DNA of 64,000 nucleotides from NCBI GenBank assembly GCA_965112155.1, contig OZ218113.1. The stretch is one strand, 5' to 3'. The DNA is from Podarcis liolepis (Eukaryota). Below, piece by piece: positions 24,301-36,300 of the stretch (position 1 is its first letter; each line of letters starts with the position of its first letter). The notes under the pieces were generated by a model. The model searched no databases, was not told where the DNA came from, and saw nothing but the letters and a program-made list of their open reading frames with translations. The translations under genes were made by a program, and so were the position numbers.

Positions 24301-27300
24301 CTGCTGCCAGCTGTCTGCAAACATCCACAGAACTTACTTGTACTTCTCATTGATGTTGGAGATCCTCCAGGCATTGTTCATATCAAAACCCATCCGTTCA
24401 ACCTCATTTTTAAATCTCGAACTTACATGTTCTCCTACAACAAAAGAAGACAATAGTAGAATGAAAAGAACTTAATATGAGATGGCCCCAGTGATTTTGT
24501 CAAGAAATTAGGTAAAGGTAAAGGGATCCCTAACCATTAGGTCCAGTCATGGCTGACTCTGGGGTTGCGGCACTCATCTGGCTTTATTGGCCGAGGGAGC
24601 CGGCATACAGCTTCCGGGTCATGTGGTCAGCATGACTAAGCCGCTTCTGGCGAACCAGAGCAGCGCACGGAAACGCCGTTTACCTTCCCGCTGTAGCAGC
24701 ACCTACCGTATTTTTCGCACCATTGGACGCACTTTTTTACTCTTAAAAAGTAAGAGGAAATGTCTGTGCGTCCTATGAAGCGAATGTGTGGTCCCTGGAG
24801 CCAAATTGCCGGAGTGCGGCACACTCTTGGACTGGTCTTTGGTAGTGGTGGTGGAGCCGCGCTCCCCTGCCGGCAGCCTCGGCTTCTCCCTGCAGCCCCG
24901 GGAAGCTTTGGAGCAAGGGGAGGGCTGTGCGCCCATGCCCCGCACTCCTGGGCTGCTGAATGGGGGTGGGGGGTGCTGCTCTGCCAGCAGCCTGCCCTTC
25001 CCCTCAAGGTTTGGAGCAGCGGGCAGGCTGTTCACTGAGAGAGGGGAGGAAGAGGATGGAGAGAAGGGGGACCAAGAAGCTGGGTGAAGGGAGATGAGGT
25101 ACCATAGGTTGCCGTGAGTGGAGAGTCATGGTAGAGGGCAAAGGAGAGGGAGCAGTGAAGGGGAGAAATTGTAGACGTCACCTGAGGAGTTTGGGTGAAA
25201 GGGATGGCGAGGAGGAGGCTGGAAAAGGGGACTGTTCTGCTGGGGGGGAGAGAAGAAAGTGGGGAAAAGGAAAGCCTCCCAAGCCTGCCGCTGAGAAGCT
25301 CTGCTTGGCTGTTTCTTGACTGTAATTCAAGTAAAGGGAATGTTTGCGAGCAGCTGGCAGGCTGTTCACTGAGAGAGGGGAGGAAGAGGATTGAGAGGGA
25401 AAAAATGGCATTAGCAATGCTTTGGATGGATACGAAGATGGTATTTTACATGAAGATAGCGAAGAAAGTGATGTCAGTGACTGTGAGCAACTGAGCTTCA
25501 TAAATTCTGACTTTAGCAGTGATGAGCTCTTGGGGTTCACAGAAGAGTAGAAGAGTACTCAAACCTTAAAGTCTCTCTTCATTTGTTAATGACAGCGATG
25601 ATGGTTCTTAATGCCATTGTTGACTGCTGTTCACTTTACATGGCTGTAATGTGATTCTGATATACCGGTTGTTTATTAAATACAGTAGTTTATACAACAT
25701 TTGATTCAGAATATTTTTTTCCTTGTTTTCCTCCTCTAAAAACTAGAAGCGCCCTATGGTCGGGTGCGTCCAATGGAGCGAAAAATGCAGTATTTATCTA
25801 CTTGCACTTTGACGTGCTTTCGAACTGCTAGGTTGGCAGGAGCAGGGACCGAGCAATGGGAGCTCACCCCGTCGTGGGGATTCGAACCGCCGACCTTCTG
25901 ATCAGCAAGTCCTAGGCTCTGTGGTTTAACCCACAGCGCCACCCGCGTCAAGAAATTATAACAGTAGAAAATCTGCTTTGCTTATGCCAACCATGAAAAT
26001 CTAAATTTAGTAACCATCTTTAGCGGTATCATGTTATTTTAATTGGCTCTGCACACAGTGATAGGTTAATAATCAGTTGTTTCCTGATTATTAGCTGAAG
26101 ACCAGTTAAGCTAAGGCCCCTTAAAGACTGGTTGGTATTTGCCTGCCCCATTCTAGTTTCAATGCACTTCTTCCCTTTGTAAAAAAAGCGCTCAGACAAA
26201 TTTTATTATCACGTTGTACAATTAGGCTGGTCTGTTTGAGGAACACATGATGCTACTCCACAAGCAAAAGACAATTTGTAAACATTCGCTGGGGGAAAAG
26301 CTGGTTCTTTAATAGCTGCAAATATCCTGCACTAGTAGCTCAGTTGGAAGAGCATGAGACTCTTAATCTCAGGGTCATGAGATGACACACATACCAACTT
26401 TCCCCTGACCAACGGATGGGGCCAAGAGTGTGCTTCACTTCAATTCTATGGTCTAAGGATGACTTGCAGTTAGAGCTAAGTCCCCTTTCTGGGTGGGAGG
26501 GGTTAAGTAAGCTTCCCTGAATATGGTAAAACGCCTCTGTGGATCAGGTCCAAAGTTTTCACTGATCGTTGTGCAGCAGCAAAGCTCTCTTGATCTATGC
26601 CAGAAAATTGCAATACTGACAGCTCTTCTCAGCAGCACCTTCATACCACTGTATAATTCTGGTCAACTCTCAACTGAGTTTGAATTCAAGAATTCTGCTC
26701 TGCAGAGAACTGCATATATCAATGTGAATTTGGAAGAGCAAGAATAAGTGAAACATCATTTGCATCGTAACTGGCTGTTTCTATTATGAAGATGGCATTA
26801 GCAGAAAGAACTGTTGGCTCTCACCTGAAAGGCAGTTCTCCATTACTATAAGAAGGTGGAGCCATAACCCAACCTGATGACCTTCTACAGTAACGGCATA
26901 AAGTGTTATAATAAATTTTTGTTTCTGCACATGCATACGTTATAGGACTATGTCAAAAGAGAGGAGGAAGCACTTTATTACCACAAAAAGCCTTCTCTCC
27001 ATTTCAGCTTGTTGGTCCAGAGGGTCTGCAAAATGAGGCCAGAATATTCACCCATTATGAAAGAAGGCCAAAGTCATTGTCCTTGCTTTGATTTGGCTTT
27101 GTGGCATCCCATTGTGGCATCCCATAGTCAAGACTGATTGACATGGCATCCTAATGCTGCTTATGTAATATGCAATTGGCTTGAACTGCCTATGAAGAAG
27201 CCCATAGATAATATTAAAAAGAGCAGGAAAGCTGTATGTTGGAGAAAGCAGCCACAAACAATGAACAACAACAAAAAAGGCAACTGAATAGTGGCAGCTT

Positions 27301-30300
27301 TAAAACCTATCCATTAAACCCTTCACTCCCTTAACCTTGAAACTTTTCAGAGGCAAAAATCCACCAGCACCTCAATCAACTGGAACAAGCTCCTTTATCT
27401 CTACAGCTACACAAAGAATGTCTGCATCATACCTGGTCGACACAAATCACCATGCTGTTCTTTTTCACTAGCATACACCTCCATACACCAGGCGTGGTAA
27501 GCAAATGAAAAGAGATCCTCTATCTTTGAAGGAGGGCGGATGGCATTGTTCAGCCGTTTAAGCCACTCTTGACACTGCTCAAAAGTAGAGAACTGACATC
27601 TGTAAAAAAAATTTAAAAATGAAATAAAAATAAGCCAGATAAAAATCTATTCATTCTCACCCAGAGAGATCCAAGCCACAGAATCCAATGAAAGTTTAGC
27701 TTCAAAGCAGGGAAGAAGAGAGAACACACTGGCATTTGGCTTCAAAAGCTGCACTGCATATATTTTACAAGTGAACTCTAGTACGCAAAAATGCAAAGTT
27801 AATATCATTACCTCAAGATCACCCATTTTTAATCTAGGGTTCTTTGCATAAACCTTCAGACCATAGCCAAAGCTATCTAAATACTTTTTTTTTAATTTGA
27901 AGAAAGGCCATCACCACCTCTGGCAGCAAGAAGCAAAATCATGCAAATGATAAATGAGAACAGGCCTTTTCTACAGTGGCTTCCCATCTGTGGCCTGCTC
28001 CCCTCCAGGGAGGCTCGCCTGGTGCCTTCATTAAGTGCCAGGCAAAATCATTTCTCTATAACTAAGCATTTGCCTGATTAAACATCCAATGACCTTTTTA
28101 AAGTTCATGATGGTGGGGTTATTGGTTTTTGTTTTTTATTACGTATTTTCTTATTTTGTGTTTTTATGTTGTGAATCGCCCTGCGATCTTTGGACGAGGT
28201 GTGGTACACAAATGTAATAAATAATAACAACAATAACAATAACGTGAAAATGAACACACAATGAAATAAGCTGTTACAGTTAATCTGAGGCACCCACAAT
28301 TGATGGAGATGGATAATTTGTTATACTCCTGCAAATGCATGCCTTCAACTGAAAAGTTAAACTGCTACAGTGGATTGTCAATGTTCTATTGATACAATAC
28401 AAGACAAGGGGGAAAACGTTGCCCAGTCATGAGACCAAGTAATAATTATTAAACAGGGCACTGATACCAATCTTTAGCAGGCCATGCTTCCTTGTAATAG
28501 TGTAACGTGTACAACCATCAGGATAATTTATATGTATATATACACACATACCTGATAACTTTGCAGTCCTTACAAGTCAAGTGAAGCTGAAATATATCCC
28601 GGCATTCAACACTCTCTATAAGCTGCAATGGAACCTGTGATTAAAAAGATTAAATGACATTGCTTAAAAAAGGCTGACACAGTTTCACAGCATTTAGTAT
28701 AATGATTTATTAGACTATTGTCCCTCATTTTCTTCCCATATGAACAGGTACAGTTGAGTCATGGAAAAGGAACATGTGTAATTATGACACAGCATAAACA
28801 GACTCCTATTTTGTGGCATCTTAAAGGCGAACACATTTATTATAGCATTTAAGTTTTCATGGACTGGGTTACACTTCACCAGATGCAAGAAATGTTACAC
28901 AAATGTAAGAGATATACACTTGCCTTCCTTAAAATGTGCTTTATGTTTATGGTACTTATAAAGCACATTTTAAGGCGATCACTCAAGTTCCATGTTTAAA
29001 GCAGCAACAATTCTACAGGAAAAGAGAACTACATTTCTCTCAAACATTAGAGACAGTTCTCCAGCATATATGGTTTGGTCATGCAATACTTCTTGTGCAG
29101 TGCACCTTTCTCATCTCCAAACCTAAGAAACAACCACACTCCTGTTTTACCTTCTTCTACTCCTGTTTTACCTTCATTCACTCCTTGGGGTGGGAGGGAG
29201 GGCAAATTCTCTATAGAGCAAATGTTGGGATAAGGGGAAACTCTGCCCTTCACAATTCTGATACTGGATTCTCCCGTGCCTCCACTTCAACAGTATCCCC
29301 AAATTCAGCACTGCTTCCTTTTAGAGTAAACACCAGCCTTTAACTCACAACTGATAAATAAAACCTATATCAATATGTAGAAATGGGTCAATCTGTCTTG
29401 ATACGGCTTCTGCTGACAGAAACCGTACAGAAACTATGGTGTATTCTCAACTACACCCCACTAGCAATCACTATAATATATGGACCAACTCACCATAATT
29501 ATGTCCATTATATGAGCTGTTAAGCAAGTTTATCACTTCTGTCTCTTGGCAGCCGTGAACTTCTGATTGGGCAGAAGGTGCACACCCGTTGAACAGGAGA
29601 AGGCCCATGTGCAATGGGGGCAGCCAGAGAGACCAAGCAACAGCATTGCCTCAAGGCCAGTGGAGGCTGGTCCATTAAGCCAAACAGGGCACTGGACCAC
29701 CAATCTCACTCTACTTCAGCCAGCCCCCATCTGCTTTGCCTTCCTACTGGGGCTGGTTCCAGCTGGCTACTTCCTCCTCATTGGTTGAAGTTGGCACTGC
29801 AGAACCCAGCAGGGAAGAGGCAAAACTAAAATTTGCTGGCTCCACCTAATGTTGGTCTCCCTGACTTCCACCTTGGAAGCCCCCTATGGGCTCCAGTCAC
29901 CATGGCTCCAGGGTCCCTGGAATGCATTATCTGTGCAAAGACAGAGCAGGGCAATGTTGCTGGGGGGCAGGCACCATAAACGGGCACCTTCTGTGCCAAC
30001 TTTTAAACACCTGATGAAAATTCTTCTATTCTGCCAGGCATTATGGAGTACGTCCTCCATAATGGCCTACTGATGTTTGCTTTTAATTTCTTTCTGCTTT
30101 TGTTTTTAACTGCTTATGATTTTATTGTTTGGTTTTATGTTTTTATATTGTTGCAAACCACTGTGATACATTTTTATGTTACAGCAGTAAGCAAACAAAC
30201 AAACAAATATTCCCACATCCTGAGCTGTTGGCTTGAGATGGAACTAGGCTGGCGTCAATACTGCTACAGGCATAAAGAGGGTGGCAATGGACAATAGACC

Positions 30301-33300
30301 AAGGTTTCATGCTAGGGGACCAAAAATAAAATAAAATAAAATAGTAAGAGGGGACTTGAAAATTTCTGCTCAGAAACCTTGTGACCAAACGAACCCAAGC
30401 TCTCCATCAAGTCAAAGACTTTCCTCACATCTTTGTCCTACTCTAGAACCTGGGCTGCTTCAAGAATTTGTGCTGTACATCAGCCTCTCCCTGTGTACCC
30501 TTCCTTGAACCTTTCCAAGATCACAGTTGCGGAGCTGAAACTTCCTTACCAAGATTATCATATTAAAACCTCCTCTTTATCACTTATTAGTTCAAATAGA
30601 TGTTTCCTACTGCCCTCCTTATTTTTTCTCCCGCCCTGTTCCTTGCCTCCATCTGTTCCCTTTCTCTCTTTCGCTCTAAACAACCCTCCTTTATTAAATA
30701 CAGCCTTCCACAGTATTCTCAATGAAAAGTGGAGCATTTGCTTCCGGGTGGGGGGGGGGACTATTGGAATATAACTTTCCTTCATCTCATATTGCCAAGC
30801 ATTCTGCCTCACCTTGACCTGTGAATTCCATTTGCCTTTCTACCAGGCAAGTTCAGGAAGGAGAATGCCGACAGCTAGGAACTACCTCCAGGGTTAGAGG
30901 CTGCATGCAGTGAATACCAACTGCTGGAAACAATAGTGGGGAAAGGGGCTACAGCGCTCATGTCTTGTTTGTGTGGCCATGTGGTTGGCCACTGCAGAAA
31001 ACAGGATGCTGGACTAGGTGGGCTTTTGATCTGATCCAGCGGCCAGATTCTTCTTGTGTTCAATAGTCATGCTTTAGAACACCACAAATCCGTGCAGTTA
31101 GTTCAGCCTCCAAAACACAAAATGCTTGGTCAGGCAGCAGTGCACTAATAAGGCAGAATCAGTAAAACAATGAACAAACCATTCTGCCTGTTTTCAGTGA
31201 GCATGCAAAGCTATCCAAACCCACCAGTGTCATTTTACAGTGGGAAATCTCTAGGCGTGTTTATTACCTTTAATTTAAAAAAAAAATGATTTCCAACAAA
31301 TGTTAATATTCCTGCTATGTGTCTGAATTTGTTATGGATTGCAGATGAAGAGAGCTACATCTGGTGAAACTAAATTCTTGCCCACGAGTAGAGGGGCAAA
31401 AATCCTAAATATTAACTGAACCGAACAGGAAATAAGTTTCACTGTGTCATTAAACTTCCCTTGTTTGACCCTTTAAATTTTAGTGCACTGCACCTACTAC
31501 AAACTTACAAGAAGTCCCAATTTAAATCTATGACATGTGAACCAAATTATAATTCTTTTGCTGCTGCTGCTGTTCCCATAGCTTTACCAAATGCCACAAT
31601 TTAAACACTTTCCTTAAATGGAGCCAACCAAGAAATAAACCTGGGCATTCAGTTTTGATGTGCAAAGTGTGTAACACTGCTGAATTTGCAAACAATCCCA
31701 TGGATGAATAAGTCAACACTTTTGAAAGCCACCATTCCATCAGCTTATTGCTTCGTTTACTGAGCCTTTTGTTTGCTTTTTGAAAAGGGGACATCAAGTT
31801 CCTATTGCTATGCGATCCATGAATTTATCCAGTCAGTCAAAATGCATCATGCATTACAGCCCCTGCCTGTGTTGCAAGGTGAGCACTGGCCACACAAGTT
31901 TATTCTTTTCCAAGCAAAGGTGCAGCAGTAAAATGTTACACAGCAACACCGTTTTACTTACTGAGAGCTCACAAGCGGCAAGTTTACAGACTCTCTATTG
32001 AATTGTAAACAAAGGACAAAATTAGAATGAAACCAAAAGGCAGGCTTTGGATATTCTCAGCTGAGTTTCCCTTTCTATTAGTCAGCTAACTTGCATACCA
32101 AACATGAATGCTGGGGGCCCAGGTTACTACTGTCAATGTCCAATATCAAGTGACTTCAGGAGCACTAATTTTTGCCTGGCCAAGAGGCACAGAAACAAAA
32201 TTCAGGATGTCACATGGGGATAACTTCAACTAGTATTACAACATTAAGTGCCAGCAGTTTTGTCAGGACTCAATATTCCAATCAGTGTATTAAACTGCAG
32301 TGTAAATTTTAACCAGAATGATTATATTAATAAACATTTCCCTATGATCAGATAAACACACTAAAAGTATGGAAATTAATAGCATCTCAGAATACTTAGA
32401 ATTACAGCAGTATTACTTGCCCGGTGAAACTGAAGCAGATACTAAACTAAACTACCATGTTATGCTCTAGAAGTCAGTAGCTTCTCAATGCAATGTATCA
32501 ATTTTGTTTCCACTCATCTATTAGGATTAGCATACACACCTAGATTTCATTACAGAAGAGCAATATGTGTTTTAATTCTACTTCATCTCACCAACATGAC
32601 TCGCATAATTCCACATGATTCGCAGCTGGTGATAAGCTACGAAGCAGAATGAACATTACTTGGGTTGTCAGGTGAGGACCACAGCTGCGACCAAGAAACT
32701 GTTTTTACTTGTTTTAACTTTTATACACACACACACACACACGCAACACAACACAACACAACACAAAAATTACACAGAAGAACTTCTAGTCCTAATCATT
32801 TATTTATTTTAAAAATGCAAAAACAAATTCAGACTGCCTATCCACTTTAGCGCACAGCAAGGGGGCACCAAGGAACTCTGTCCCATGGAATCTATTTTAA
32901 GCAGTAGAACAATAAATTCTCACTTGAATGAGGCTCTTTGTGTGCAGCACCAGAAGTCACTGCTGGTTTTTGTTTTTTGTTCTTAATTAGGGAACTGAGT
33001 GCCTAACAAGTTTTGAGCTAGGTGCTCTTCAACAGGGTCAGAAATTATATAGATTTCCCTGTCACCCCTAAGAAAGCCAGATATTTCTAACAGGTCACTG
33101 AGTGACATGGAGAAAGTTATTTCAACAACAGCGTGATTCATTGCATGTAACAGCTACTATACAAAGAGCACTGTTATGCTCCATGACAGCCTCTTCCAAT
33201 TTCCAAACAACCTCGTGCATTTTACTTTACCAGGTCTCTGAGCTGAAGCACATGGACCACAACCCAAGGAATGCTGGGCACAGACAATGAGCCATGCTCT

Positions 33301-36300
33301 CTACAAGTGGGCCTATATACTCGCATCAGTGGAAAACTGAATACTACTATTCTACTACCTGTTGACATGTGGTCTCAGGGGCTGAGAAAACATTCGCATG
33401 GCACCACTAGTCTCAAAGGATCCTTGGCAGCAGCCATGTTATGCAAGCTCACAGCTCGGTTCCCCAAAACCAGAGCAGGAATCTCAATACATTGCTACCA
33501 AATGGATTGGAAAGTTTGCAAGGGCCAAAGACCTACTGCTGTTCAGCTGAGCTACAGCTGCCAAGAAGCAAATCCAAAAAGGTGTTCAATCAAGGATACT
33601 AATAAGGCAACCAAGAAGAATTAACGCAGCGGGGCTAGGACATGTGTGGGGAACCTTTGACCGTCCAGATGTTGTTGAGCTACAACTCCCAATATCCTAG
33701 GCAGTCAGCAGCATCTGGAGGGCCAAAGGTTCCCCACCCTGAACCAGGATGAGGAAAGAAGAACTGCAGGTTAGTTATCTAGAACAGCAGCAGGGAGATG
33801 GACATAATTCTTCATTCTGGATCCTTGTTGTTTCCTAACTTACATCTATGAGTTACATGATAAGAGCCCCAATATATAAGGAATGGGTGGCTGTGCATTT
33901 CCCAACCACATAACCAGCAAGATCTCTAGCCGTGAACAGCCAGGGCAGACGTGAAGACTTACATTCACAATTGATTCCTTAAATTTGATGTGAAGTCTAT
34001 AGTTGGAAAGTGCAATGATGGCATCTTCAGCTCGACCTACGTATTCAGTGCTCTCCCCATGAAGTTCGGGGAACGGGACCTGTTGAAAGGGGGAGGGGGA
34101 GGGAAATAAGTTTTATGTAAACAAGTTGATGGTGGATTCTCAAGGAGTTCACTCACTCACACCTCAAATGCAAAGCATACGGATCTTGATGGAATATGAC
34201 AAGGACGTGCATGTAGTTGTTAAAAGCCACCGAAAGCTTTGGGTAAACACCTGACAGAACAAGGGCTTTAAGCTGTGTCACAAAACATTAAGAGGGGCAT
34301 ATTTTGATGGAAGCGGTTGCAGCTGAATGTTCCCACAGTAAGTTGATTCTTGCTGAAACAACATTAATATGGCAGGCAGCCACAACCAAAGACCCCTTGG
34401 GCAGTGGCTGCCTTCCACTTTCATGTTGTTTCAGCAAGATGCCCATTGTGAAAGTGTAGAGAAGTCGTCTCCACCTTCCACACTGAACAGGGAGTCAAAG
34501 ATGATCTAAAACACCAAAAGGAGATTCGCCCCAAATAATTAGCTCCAGCAGTAGAAGAAGGGACTGTTACAGAGCTGAAACATCACCTCAGTTCAATATC
34601 AAGTTGGATAGAAATACAGACGTACTTTGGTTTTCTAACAGCTTAGTTCATTGGAACTAAGCAACTTGGAATTCAAATGAAATCAACAACTTGGAATTCA
34701 AATGTCGCAAACCCAGAAGTAGGTGTTCAGTTTGCGAACGTTGCCTCAGAAACCGAACGTCTGGCGCAACTTCCGCAGTTTCCAATTGGCTGCAGGATGC
34801 TCCTGCAACCATTCGGAAGCTGCACCTTGGTTTCCGAACGTTTCGAAATTCAAACAGACTTCCGGAATGCATTATGTTCGAAAACCAAGGTACGACTATA
34901 TAAGCAATGGACAGAAATAAAACCTGTGGAGCTACTTCAGAAAGCAGGATGTTTTTCCGTATTATAAACAATTGTAGAATTGACACAGAGGGAAGGAAAG
35001 TGTGACACAAAGAATTCCAAGGTTTTCATATATACTGTATAGCTGAGGAATTAATTCTAACAAGGTGAAGGGACGGAAAAGAAGGTCCCTTGAAAGTAAG
35101 TGATTAAGCCTAGTGAGGACATAAGAGCCCTGACAGCTCAGACTAAAAGCCTACTGAATCCAGCAGACTGCTTCTCACAATGGTCGGCTAGGTGCCTGTG
35201 GGAAGCCCACAAGCAGGACATGAGCACAGGAGCCCTCCCATCAGCAAATGGCATTCAGAGACATGCTGCAGACAGCACAGATGGGTTTGCAGGAAAACGT
35301 CCAATTAAGAAACGCACAGTTAAATAACTTTTGCAATCAAGCTCACAAGTGCAGCAACAGGGTTTGAATTAATAGTCCCATGAGTTAAGATAAATCAAGT
35401 GTCTGATCTTGGCTAGAAATAGCATCATCAGATCTGCCCATGTGTCATTGCTGCGAGGGCAAAGGAGAGTCGGGTGACTACCTGGAGATTCTCATCCTCA
35501 CGGATCAGCTGCTTCCTGGGGAAGATCTGATTAGCTTGGATGCATTCAAGGCTGTGTTGAGTCTCTTCATCCTGAAAAAAAAACCAGATCATGCAGTTTA
35601 TTTCAACAGTTATACACCCATACATACTAAATCTTTTCACTGACTGAGTTTTTGGGGGGATGGGGTGGGTCACGGGGAATCACTGCAATGCACCAATGAA
35701 ATGCTTTGCTATTACAAGCCTCTAATTTTAAATTTGTCACCATCCTTTTATGCTTACACTACTGACCACTTTTTTGTCAGGAGCACACAAGACTTTAGCT
35801 TGCTGCCTTTTGGTGCCCACACAAATGTGGTGATCAGGGCAAAGGGATGTTTATAGTGCTGGCCTACTCTCCAGTTCCCCTTTCTCAACTGACTCAAATG
35901 ACAGGAACTGAGCAGCACCTCCCTTTACCTGCTGCCTGCAGAGGTATCACTCAGGTCTGGAATGCCTTGAAATTTTAAATAAACAATAAACACTTTTTTA
36001 AAAAATAAAATTTATGCACCACTTGGTTGTAGAAAAAAACCTGAAAGCTACTTACAAAAAACATAAAACAATAACATTATCACAAGGAAAGTTTACAACA
36101 ATGTTTTAAAACAAAAAGTTAAAACAACCATAGACTAAAACAAATAAAAACTCAAAAGAAACTTCCCTTTCTTCCCTCCCCTGCCTAATGGTACTGACTC
36201 ACTGAGAAATCTCAGAACTACTTCAGAAAACTTGTGGTTCTTTAAAAAAAAATTTAAATAACTGACAACTGTAACTAATTGTAAACTCACTCGGAACAGT

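Noticed and set aside
24587-25540. Cluster of overlapping 60-120 aa ORFs
   Set aside because: Explained by GC-rich SINE and transposon sequence; only the 47-codon transposase remnant is interpretable.
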